Shown here: piece by piece, positions 54,001 through 64,000 of the stretch
Layout of the letters: each line of letters begins with the position of its first letter
How positions within the stretch are numbered: position 1 is the first letter of the stretch
Assembly (NCBI RefSeq): GCF_963921235.1
Contig: NC_086097.1
Coordinates: 121,956,001-122,020,000 of the forward strand
Length of the DNA: 64,000 nt
Origin: Mobula hypostoma
Lineage: Eukaryota
Direction: 5' to 3'
Position numbers and translations under genes: made by a program
Notes under the pieces: generated by a model
Seen by the model: the letters and a program-made list of their open reading frames with translations, nothing else
Told to the model about the DNA's origin: nothing
Databases searched by the model: none

Positions 54001-54094
54001 AAACAATCCTAATAGGATCCTGTTGTTATACTTTCATTTTCAGCACTAACAGTGAGAAATGCTTTCTTCTCACCACCTCCTTTATGTTTTTATT

Positions 54095-54342
54095 TACTTT
54101 TTATTTATTAAACTACAGTGCTGAATAGGCCCTTCTCACCCCTTGAGCTGGGTCACGCCTAATTACAGGATGATTTACAATGACTAACCTTTACACCTTT
54201 GGACTGTGGGAGGAAATCGGAGCACCTGGAGGAAACCCACACAGTCACAGGGAGAACATTCAAACTCCTTACCGACAGTGGTGGGAATTGAACCCAGTTG
54301 CTGGTACTGTAAAGCATTGTGCTAATCATTACACTACCATGA
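54095..54342 (-). mobile_element. tRNA-derived SINE (V-SINE/HE1-like)
   Basis: Minus strand has gtagtgtaatgattagc (A box), ggttcaattcc (B box), a V-like body and an (AAAT)n tail. Confidence 0.8.
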
Positions 54343-55260
54343 CGTCCCCATCCTGGGGTCAAGTGAGAATTATCGTCATGATGAACATTTATTACCTGAA
54401 TTACCCTTGAGTAGGACTTAGCGTGCCATAAAGTGTGTGTCACACTTAGCATTGTCACCGTACCACAGGGAAGTGTATGGTCATGCACTTTGTAGAAGAA
54501 ATAAAGGCTTTATTAGTTTTCTAAATGGGGAGTAAATTCAGAAATCAAAGATTGATTCAGTATTGTTTACATATTGTTTTCCATAAATTCTATGACCTGG
54601 TGCCTTGTTCTTTTTGGCATTAGAAACCTTGGATTTCAGAGATGCTAAGAGAGTATCTTTAGCAAGTGAGAGTGTAGATCTGCTAATTCTTTGCTTTAAT
54701 GATCTCTTAAAACTTCCATGGACATGCAGCTGGCTGCATCCACCAGTGACCTATTCATTGAAACCATCTAAATGCACATCTAGGTCTGTGTTAATAACCA
54801 GACCATAGAGCAAACTTCAATTTCAATCTGCTTGAGATCTGTACAGAATTGTCCATGTCTAAGCAGTAGGAAACCTGCTTCCAGAAATAGCCTGCTTCGT
54901 AAAACTTTAATTGAAATTCAAATATACCAGATTCTGCCCATGAATTACTATTGAGATGATATGTTGCAGCAAATGTCTTGACGATTTCAGAAATGTTTCA
55001 TTCACCTTAATTTATGTCCAGCAGTTCAGGACAGAAGTAGATAGAAAATAATTGATTATTAATACAGTGGAATGGTACGAGATTACTAACAAAGGAGAAA
55101 AGAAAAGATTAGGTTTAAACATAGCTTTTTCTTAGAGCCTGCCAGTGCTGATAAAACAACGAAGCTTGGATTATAAAAATAGCAGTGTGGTTGTTAACAA
55201 AGAAGAAAGAAGGTATTCACCTGCATTCACTTTCTGTTGTTATTTGAGGAAAGGGGCATT

Positions 55261-56196
55261 ATGAGTGAGAGGGCAGTTTGCTGTTCTCGGTGTCGGATGT
55301 GGGAGGCCCTGGAGTCTCCAAGCCTCCCGGACGTCTACATCTGCGCCAAGTGCATCGAGATGCAGCTCCTAAGGGACCGCGTTACGGAACTGGAGCTGCA
55401 GCTCGATGACCTTCGTCTGGTCAGGGAGAGTGAGGAGGTGATAGAGAGGAGTCGAAGGCAGGTGGTCACGCCGGGGCCACGGGAGGCAGACAAGTGGGTC
55501 ACGGTTAGGAGGGGGAAGGGGAAAAGTCAGGTGATGGGGAGTACCCCGGTGGCTGTGCCCCTTAACAACAGGTACTCCTGTTTGAGTACTGTTGGGGGGG
55601 ACAGCTTACCCGGGGGAAGCGACAGTGGCCGTGCCTCTGGCACAGAGTCTGGCCCTGTAGCTCAGAAGGGTAGGGCAAGGAAGAGGAGGGCAGTTGTGAT
55701 AGGGGACTCGATAGTAAGGGGGTCAGATAGGCGATTCTGTGGACGCAGTCCAGAGACCCGGATGGTAGTTTGCCTCCCTGGTGCCAGGGTCCAGGATATT
55801 TCTGATCGTGTCCAAGATATCCTGAAGTGGGAGGGTGAGGAGCCAGAGGTCGTGGTACATATAGGTACCAATGACATAGGTAGGAAAAGGGACGAGGTCC
55901 TGAAAGGGGAATATAGGGAGCTAGGAAGGGAGTTGAGAAAAAGGACCGCAAAGGTAGTAATCTCGGGATTACTGCCTGTGCCACGCGACAGTGAGAGTAG
56001 GAATGCGATGAGGTGGAGGATAAATGCGTGGCTGAGGGATTGGAGCAGGGGGCAGGGATTCAAGTTTTTGAATCATTGGGACCTCTTTTGGCGCAGGCGT
56101 GACCTGTACAAAAAGGACGGGTTACACTTGAATCCTAGGGGGACCAATATCCTGGCAGGGAGATTAGCGGGGGCTACTGAGGTGACTTTAAACTAG
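55261..56196 (+). CDS. CR1 ORF1p: zinc finger, coiled coil and SGNH/GDSL esterase-like domain
   Basis: CSRC..CAKC, heptad-like LLRDRVTELELQLDDL, then the GDS, PGA, HIGTND and DGLH blocks. Confidence 0.9.
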   Translation: MSERAVCCSRCRMWEALESPSLPDVYICAKCIEMQLLRDRVTELELQLDDLRLVRESEEVIERSRRQVVTPGPREADKWVTVRRGKGKSQVMGSTPVAVPLNNRYSCLSTVGGDSLPGGSDSGRASGTESGPVAQKGRARKRRAVVIGDSIVRGSDRRFCGRSPETRMVVCLPGARVQDISDRVQDILKWEGEEPEVVVHIGTNDIGRKRDEVLKGEYRELGRELRKRTAKVVISGLLPVPRDSESRNAMRWRINAWLRDWSRGQGFKFLNHWDLFWRRRDLYKKDGLHLNPRGTNILAGRLAGATEVTLN

Positions 56197-56201
56197 AATG
56201 G

Positions 56202-59200
56202 TTGGGGGGTGGGAAGCAACTTAAAGAGGCTAGGTGTGAGGAGGTTAGTTCACAACAGAGGGATGGGAACCAGTGCAGAGAGACAGAGGGGTGTAAAGTG
56301 AGGGTAGAAGCAAAAAGTACAAAGGAGAAAAGCAAAAGTGGCAGGCTGACAAATCCAGGGCAAGCATTAAAAAGGGCCACTTTTCAACATAATTGTATAA
56401 GGGCAAAGAGAGTTTTAAAAGAGCTCCTGAAGGCTTTATGTGTCAATGCAAGGAGCATTTGTAATAAGGTGGATGAATTGAAAATGCAGATTGTTATTAA
56501 TGATTATGATATAGTTGGGATCACAGAGACATGGCTCCAGGGTGACCAGGGATGGGAGCTCAACGTTCAGGGATATTCAATATTCAGGAGGGATAGACGT
56601 GAACGAAGGGGAGGTGGGGTGGCGTTGCTGGTTAAAGAAGAGATTAACGCAATAGAAAGGAAGGACATAAGCCGGGAAGATGTGGAATCGATATGGGTAG
56701 AGCTGCGTAACACCAAGGGGCAGAAGACGCTGGTGGGAGTTGTGTACAGGCCACCTAACAGTAGTAGTGAGGTCGGAGATGGTATTAAACAGGAAATTAG
56801 AAATGTGTGCAATAAAGGAACAGCAGTTATAATGGGTGACTTCAATCTACATGTAGACTGGCTGAACCAAATTGGTAAAGGTGCTGAGGAAGAGGATTTC
56901 TTGGAATGTATGCGGGATGGTTTTTTGAACCAACATGTCGAGGAACCAACTAGAAAGTAGGCTATTCTGGACTGGGTTTTGAGCAATGAGGAAGGGTTAA
57001 TTAGCAATCTTGTCGTGAGAGGCCCCTTGGGTAAGAGTGACCATAATATGGTGGAATTCTTCATTAAGATGGAGAGTGACATAGTTAATTCAGAAACAAA
57101 GGTTCTGAACTTAAAGAGGGGTGACTTTAAAGGTATGAGACGTGAATTAGCTAAGATAGACTGGCAAATGACACTTAAAGGATTGACGGTGGATATGCAA
57201 TGGCAAGCATTTAAAGGTTGTATGGATGAACTACAACAATTGTTCATCCCAGTTTGGCAAAAGAATAAATCAAGGAAGGTAGTGCACCCGTGGCTGACAA
57301 GAGAAATTAGGGATAGTATCAATTCCAAAGAAGTAGCATACAAATTAGCCAGAGAAAGTGGCTCACCTGAGGACTGGGAGAAATTCAGAGTTCAGCAGAG
57401 GGGGACAAAGGGCTTAATTAGGAAGGGGAAAAAAGATTTTGAGAGAAAACTGGCAGAGAACATAAAAACGGACTGTAAAAGCTTTTATAGATATGTAAAA
57501 AGGAAAAGACTGGTAAAGACAAATGTAGGTACCCTGCAGACAGAAACAGGTGAATTGATTATGGGGAGCAAGGACATGGCAGACCAATTGAATAATTTCT
57601 TTGGTTCTGTCTTCACTAAGGAGGACATAAATAATCTTCCAGAAATAGTAAGGGACAGAGGGTCCAGTGAGATGGAGGAACTGAGTGAAATACATGTTAG
57701 TAGGGAAGTGGTGTTAGGTAAATTGAAGGGATTGAAGGCAGATAAATCCCCAGGGCCAGATGGTCTGCATCCTAGAGTGTTTAAGGAAGTAGCCCAAGAA
57801 ATAGTGGATGCATTAGTGATAATTTTTCAAAACTCGTTAGATTCTGGACTAGTTCCTGAGGATTGGAGGGTGGCTAATGTAACCCCACTTTTTAAAAAAA
57901 GGAGGGAGAGAGAAACCGGGGAATTATAGACCGGTTAGCCTAACGTCGGTGGTGGGGAAACTGCTGGAGTCAGTTATCAAGGATGTGATAACAGCACATT
58001 TGGAAAGCGGTGAAATGATTGGACAACGTCAGCATGGATTTGTGAAAGGAAAATCATGTCTGACGAATCTCATAGAATTTTTTGAGGATGTAACTAGTAG
58101 AGTGGATAGGGGAGAACCAGTGGATGTGGTATATTTGGATTTTCAAAAGGCTTTTGACAAGGTCCCACACAGGAGATTAGTGTGCAAACTTAAAGCACAC
58201 GGTATTGGGGGTAAGGTATTGGTGTGGGTGGAGAATTGGTTAGCAGACAGGAAGCAAAGAGTGGGAATAAACGGGACCTTTTCAGAATGGCAGGCGGTGA
58301 CTAGTGGGGTACCGCAAGGCTCAGTGCTGGGACCCCAGTTGTTTACAATATATATTAATGACTTGGATGAGGGAATTAAATGCAGCATCTCCAAGTTTGC
58401 GGATGACACGAAGCTGGGTGGCAGTGTTAGCTGTGAGGAGGATGCTAAGAGGATGCAGGGTGACTTGGATAGGTTGGGTGAGTGGGCAAATTCATGGCAG
58501 ATGCAATTTAATGTGGATAAATGTGAAGTTATCCACTTTGGTGGCAAAAATAGGAAAACAGATTATTATCTGAATGGTGGTCGATTAGGAAAAGGGGAGG
58601 TGCAACGAGACCTGGGTGTCATTATACACCAGTCATTGAAAGTGGGCATGCAGGTACAGCAGGCGGTGAAAAAGGCGAATGGTATGCTGGCACTTATAGC
58701 GAGAGGATTCAAGTACAGGAGCAGGGAGGTACTACTGCAGTTGTACAAGGCCTTGGTGAGACCACACCTGGAGTATTGTGTGCAGTTTTGGTCCCCTAAT
58801 CTGAGGAAAGACATCTTTGCCATAGAGGGAGTACAAAGAAGGTTCACCAGATTGATTCCTGGGATGGCAGGACTTTCATATGAAGAAAGACTGGATGAAT
58901 TGGGCTTGTACTCGTTGGAATTTAGAAGATTGAGGGGGGATCTGATTGAAACGTATAAGATCCTAAAGGGATTGGACAGGCTAGATGCAGGAAGATTGTT
59001 CCCGATGTTGGGGAGGTCCAGAACGAGGGGTCACAGTTTGAGGATAGAGGGGAAGCCTTTTAGGACCGAGATTAGAAAAAACTTCTTCACACTGAGAGTG
59101 GTGAATCTGTGGAATTCTCTGCCACAGGAAACAGTTGAGGCCAGTTCATTGGCTATATTTAAGAGGGAGTTAGATATGGCCCTTGTGGCTACGGGGTCAG

Positions 59201-59253
59201 GGGGTATGGAGGGAATGCTGGGGCGGGGTTCTGAGTTGGATGATCAGCCATGA
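56202..59253 (+). pseudogene. CR1 ORF2 (APE endonuclease plus reverse transcriptase), disrupted
   Basis: NARSI, GITETWL, MGDFN, SDH, QHGF, LDFQKAFDKV, GVPQGSVLGP and KFADD across three ORF pieces. Confidence 0.93.
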
Positions 59254-59604
59254 TCATAATAAATGGCGGTGCAGGCTCGAAGGGCCGAATGGCCCACTCC
59301 TGCACCTATTTTCTATGTTTCTATGTTTCTATGATTAGATTGGCAGAATAGTTACCAATCAAATTCAACGCCAAGAGATTTCAGATAATAGATTACTGGT
59401 TGGGATGCGTGACAGATGACAAGGGAATAAATAGTAGTTAAGTACTGAATTATTTAGAACCCCTTGCTTAATGGTGTTGGTCCATGGCATAAAAAAGGTC
59501 GGGAACCCTGATTTAAAGCAACTGAAGTACTTTGGAGATCACATCAAGAGATTTCCAAAGGCAGGTACGTAAGTGGAGAAAGTGGTTGGGAAGTGATTAT
59601 TGAA

Positions 59605-61435
59605 TTTTGAATTGAATTGACTTTATTATTTACATCCTTCACAGACTTGAGGAGTAAAAATCTTTACATTACATCTCCGTCTGAATGTGCAATATGCAAT
59701 TTATAATAATTTGTAATAAATAGTGTGTACAACAGGACAGTCAGTATAACATAGAAATACAATTGTATCAGCATGAATTAATCAGTCTGATGACCTGGTG
59801 GAAGAAGTTGTCCCGGAGCCTGATGGTCCTGACTTTTATGCTGCGGTACCATTTCCGGATGGTGGTAGCTGGAACAGTTTGTGGTTGGGGTGACTCAGGT
59901 CCCCAATGATGCTTTGGGCCTTTTTATACACCTGTCTTTGTAAATATCCTAAAAAGTGAGAAGATCACAGCTATAGATGTGCTGGGCTGTCCACACCACT
60001 CTCTGCAGAGCGCTGCGATTGAGGGAAGTACAGTTCCCATACCAGGCAGTAACACAGCCAGTCAGGATCCTCTCAGTTGTGTTCCTGTAGAAAGTCCTTA
60101 AGACTTGGGGACCTATATCAAACTCCTTCAACCGTCTGCAGTGAAAGAGGAGCTGTTGTGCTTTTTTCACCACACAGCCTGTATGTACAGACCACGAGAG
60201 AGCCTCAGTGATATGTATGCTGAGGAACTTAAAGCTGTTCACCCTCTCAACACCAGATCCATTGATGTCAATAGGGGTCAGCCTGTCTCTATTCCTCCTG
60301 TAGTCAACCAGCTCCTTTGGTTTTGCAATGATGAGAGAGAGGTTGTTTTCTTGACACCATTGTGTCAGGGTGATGACTTCTTCTCTGTAGGCTGCCTCAT
60401 TCTCCTTTGAGATTAGGCTAATCAATGTAGTATTATCAGCAAATTTAATTAGCAGATTGGAGCTGTGTGTGACAACACAGTCATGGGTATACAGAGAGTA
60501 AAGGAGGATGCTTAGGACACATCCTTGAGGGGAACATGTGTTGAGGGTCAGAGCTGAGGGAGCCCACTCTTACCACCTGCCAGCGATCTTTACTTTAGTT
60601 TATACTTTATTGTCACCGAACAATTGGGACTAGAACGTACAATCATCACAGCGATATTTGATTCTGCGCTTTACACTCCCTGGATTACAAATATTAAATA
60701 TTAAGGATATTAAAAATAGTTAAAATTAGTAAATATTAAAAATTTAAATTATAAATCATAAATAGAAAATAGAAAAATGGGAAATAAGGTAGTGCAAAAA
60801 AACCGAGAGGCAGGTCTGGATATTTGGAGGATACGGCCCAGATCTGGGTCAGGATCCGTTCAGCAGTTTTATCACAATTGGAAAGAAGCTGTTCCCAAAT
60901 CTGGCCATATGAGTCTTCAAGCTCTTGAACCTTCTCCCGGAGGGAAGAGGGACGAAAAGTCTGTTGGTTGGGTAGGTCAGGAAGTCCAGCATCCAGCTAC
61001 ACAAGGTAGGGTGAAGACCTAGGTCTCTGAGCTTCTTGTCGAGCCTGGAGGGAATTATGGTATTGAATGCTGCACTGTAGTCCAAGAACAGCATTCTCAC
61101 ATAAACATCCTTCTTCTCCAGATGTGTAAGGACAGTGTGTAGAGCTGTGGCTATTGCGTCATCTGTCAATTGGTTGTGTCGCTAGGTGAATTGTAGGGGG
61201 TCCAGTGTGGGTGGTAGCATGCTGCAGATGTAATCCTTGACCAGCCTCTCAAATCATTTGCTTTTTATTGAGGTGAACGCGACAGGATACCAGTCGTTTA
61301 GACATGTTTACTTGGTCTTTTTAGGTACAGGGACAATGGTGGGTGTTTTGAAGCAGGAGGGCACTCTAAACTGGGAGAGGGAGAGAATAAAAATGTCTGT
61401 AAACACACCTGCCAGTTGTGCCATGCACATCCTGA
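59605..61435 (-). mobile_element. Rex-Babar-type LINE with a nested second-family fragment (60590-60975)
   Basis: [27 protein letters not shown] and ILTGCVTAWYG; (TTCAA)n tail. Confidence 0.9.
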
Positions 61436-61607
61436 GATTAGGAAGACATATGGGATATATTATAGGCTGAGACATAGAATATAAGAGTATTGAGGTAATG
61501 CAAAGCTACAGTATTGTGTCTAGTTCTAGTCAGCGTGCTACAGGAAGGATGAGTCAGCACTGGACTGCAACAGAGATTTTCCAAGATGCTGCAAAAGGTT
61601 TAATTAA

Positions 61608-61962
61608 GACCATAAAAGCATAAAACATATGAGTGGAATTAGCTAATTTAGCCCATTGAGTCTGCTCCGCCATTCCATTAAGGCTGACGTATTATCCCTC
61701 TCAACGCCATTCTTCTTGCCTTCTCTTCATTACCCTTTGACACCCTTACTAATCAAGAACCTATCAGTCTCTGTCTTAAATATACTCAATGACTTGGTTC
61801 CCACAGCCCTTCGTAGCAGCGAATTCCACAGATTTACCACCCTCTGGCAAAAGACATACCTCTTCATTTCTGTTCTCAAAGGATGTCCTTGTATCCTGAG
61901 GCTGTCCCCTCTAGTCCTAGAGTCCCCCACTATAGGAAACATTTCTCCATGTCCACTCTTTA
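61608..61962 (-). mobile_element. CR1 3' fragment nested in an older plus-strand CR1 (61440-62280)
   Basis: RTEMKRYVFCQRVVNLWNSL. Confidence 0.8.
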
Positions 61963-62454
61963 GGTGGAAAGTTTAAGTGGCTAAGATGGTGCTCTGTTCT
62001 TCAAAACAGAGGATGCCAGAGGATACTTCATTAAGGCGTGCAAAATTATGAGAGGCCTAGATGTGGTAAGTAAGACAGACCTATTTCCCTGGGCAGGGAG
62101 CACAATGTCCAGTCAGCAAAGGTTTAATGATATGGTGGAAAAATAGTGGGGGCGGAGATGGGGGTCATTTGGCAAAATTAAAATTTCACACAGGGAGATG
62201 CAGGACTCAAGACATGTCAGAGGCAGAAGTTCTCATTATACTTACTATGTATGTGGCCTAGAACTAGATACCCCTGACCTTGAACTGCCTACTCAGTAAT
62301 TGTAATGTTCAATTTAGGCCATATTCCTTAGATTTTGGAAGGCATTTAAATTTGTCATGAAACTTAGTTAACTGAAGAGAGACAGAGATTGTCAGATCTA
62401 GTAGTAAAATGCTTTCTCACTGCTACAGAACAATCAAGGTTCATAAAATCACAG

Positions 62455-62680
62455 ATACAAGAAATTCTGCAGATGCTAGAAATCCAGAGTAACATGGGGG
62501 AAAAAAAACGGTGGAGGAACTCAAACATGAGAAAATCTGCAGATGCTAGAAATCCAAGCAACACACACAAAATGCTGGAGGAACTCAGCAGGCCAGGCAG
62601 CACCTATGGACAGGAATAAAGGGTCGATGTTTCGGGCCCTTCATTCAGTCCTGATGAAGTGTCTTGGCCCAAAACTCAGG
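62455..62680. mobile_element. Penelope family A tail with an inversion at the hammerhead
   Basis: The minus-strand tail (with tgcagatgctagaaatcca duplicated) ends at gtttcgggcccttcat, then the plus strand reads cagtcCTGATGAagtgtcttggccc. Confidence 0.75.
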
Positions 62681-62829
62681 TTTTGAATGAATTCCCTTCA
62701 TTTACCCTTTGAAGTAGCATGTTCTTAATCTCCAGTGCTTTCAGTAAAATCTGCCACAAGCCCCTCTCGACAATTAGGTTTCCTATCCAATCGGATTTGC
62801 TTCACCCCAACAAGCTCTTTCCCAGTCTA

Positions 62830-63460
62830 AGTGTGCGAGTCTACATCGGGGGCTTGGCGGTGGAGGGAGTCAGCAGCTTTACATTCCTGGGTAATAACAT
62901 ATCAAATGATCTTTCTTGGGCAATCATAAGGAAAGTGCACCAGTATCTTTACTTTCTTAGGAGGTTAAGGAGGTTCAGCTTATCACCGAACACCCTGACA
63001 AGCTTCTACGGATTTACGGTTGAGTATCCTAATTGGCTGCATCGTGGTCTGATACGGCAATTCAATTGAGTAGGGATGAAAGAAGTAGTGAGCACATTCT
63101 CCCTACTGTTGGTAGTACCTGCAGGGGGCACTGTCTCAGGAGGGCAACATGCATTATCACAGATCCCCACCCTCCAGGACATGCTATTTCTAGGCATGTG
63201 TATCAGAAGCCTGAAGCTCCACGTGACTAGATCCAAGACAGCTCCTTCCCCTCAAAAGTGTTGTTCTTAAACCAACTGACACAACTCTAAACACTGCAGT
63301 TCAGAAATACTATGATTACTGTGCCCTAAAATGGACTATGTACTTCCATGTAAAGAGTGTGTATAATTCATGTTTAATTAATGTTTTACTTGTGAATGTT
63401 GCTCAACTGATGTTATGTGCCTGTAAAGCTGCGGCAAGTACGCTTATAGTTGCATCTAAG
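62830..63460 (+). mobile_element. Rex-Babar-type LINE 3' fragment
   Basis: VSSFTFLG..ISNDLSW..QYLYFLRRLRRF and IITDPHPPGH. Confidence 0.8.
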
Positions 63461-63462
63461 CA

Positions 63463-64000
63463 CAGATATCCCACCCTGCAAAAACTCATTTCAGGGAGGT
63501 AGCACCTCATACCCATATCCCCACCGCCCCCCCCCCATCGACCTCCAAGGGTGTATGTTGTTTCGTGATTTTGTCTAATCTGTAAACCAAGTTGGGTATA
63601 TGCAGAAAATGTGACATTAAAATATGTACTTATATTATATTATCATGTTTATTCTATTACAACTTTAAGCAAGTCTACAGGAAGTTTGGCCTTTTGGCTT
63701 TATCATATAAGATATCAATAGAGTAGCTCCTTAGCAACTAGCCAGCTAGTTTAAATAACGTTAGCTATGTTAATGAACAAACGACACCTGTTAAACTCAC
63801 CTCAACATGTCTTTTAGCGAGCAACACTGTCATTATTTTTGAGGTCACTGTAAAGTCCGCCGACACAGAAAACTGATAGGTCTACTTAGCATGAAGAGAG
63901 ACGACCAATCAGGATGCTCGCTCTCGCTCTCCCTCTCAAAAGAATCGACTTCCGGGATATTGTTTTTAATTTCTGGGTGTCAGGGAGCTGCTATCAATAT
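63463..64000. mobile_element. Possible non-autonomous DNA transposon running off the window end
   Basis: Abrupt start at cagatatcccacc straight after the LINE fragment; non-coding; the other terminus is not visible. Confidence 0.35.

Larger units (their letters stand above)
55230..59333 (+). mobile_element. Near full-length, young CR1-clade LINE
   Basis: Intact ORF1; ORF2 with APE and RT domains broken by a TAG (56958-56960) and a frameshift at the A-run near 57893-57900; (TTCTATGT)n tail. Confidence 0.97.

Noticed and set aside
56567..58847. Long minus-strand ORFs (258, 134 and 93 aa)
   Set aside because: Antisense shadows of CR1 ORF2.
1..64000. CRISPR array, rRNA, genuine tRNA genes or prokaryotic operons
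   Set aside because: No regularly spaced repeats or such genes seen; tRNA-like boxes belong to SINE heads, and the sequence is eukaryotic.

Overview
This is vertebrate genomic DNA made mostly of decayed, nested transposable elements. The repeat families (CR1/HER1-type LINEs, Rex-Babar, RTE, Penelope, V-SINE-type SINEs) suggest a cartilaginous fish, probably a ray; that is inference. The only host coding sequence I can support is one 190-bp minus-strand exon (47824-48013) encoding the IRS-type PTB domain of DOK6, so the window is probably DOK6 intronic sequence. The main elements are: a near-intact CR1 LINE with a zinc-finger/SGNH-esterase ORF1 (55.2-59.3 kb); two copies of an AT-rich RTE and one GC-rich RTE; an internally deleted Gypsy element and a solo LTR; three Buster-type hAT elements with perfect 8-bp TSDs; and Tc1 remnants. 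The most interesting signal is two distinct families of minimal type I hammerhead ribozyme motifs in Penelope-like elements, with several insertion or inversion breakpoints at the ribozyme. There is also a composite templated insertion at 53.0-53.7 kb. I see no evidence for a wholly new protein-coding system; most ORFs in the track are transposon debris or antisense artefacts. Coordinates of decayed fragments are approximate and were read by eye.
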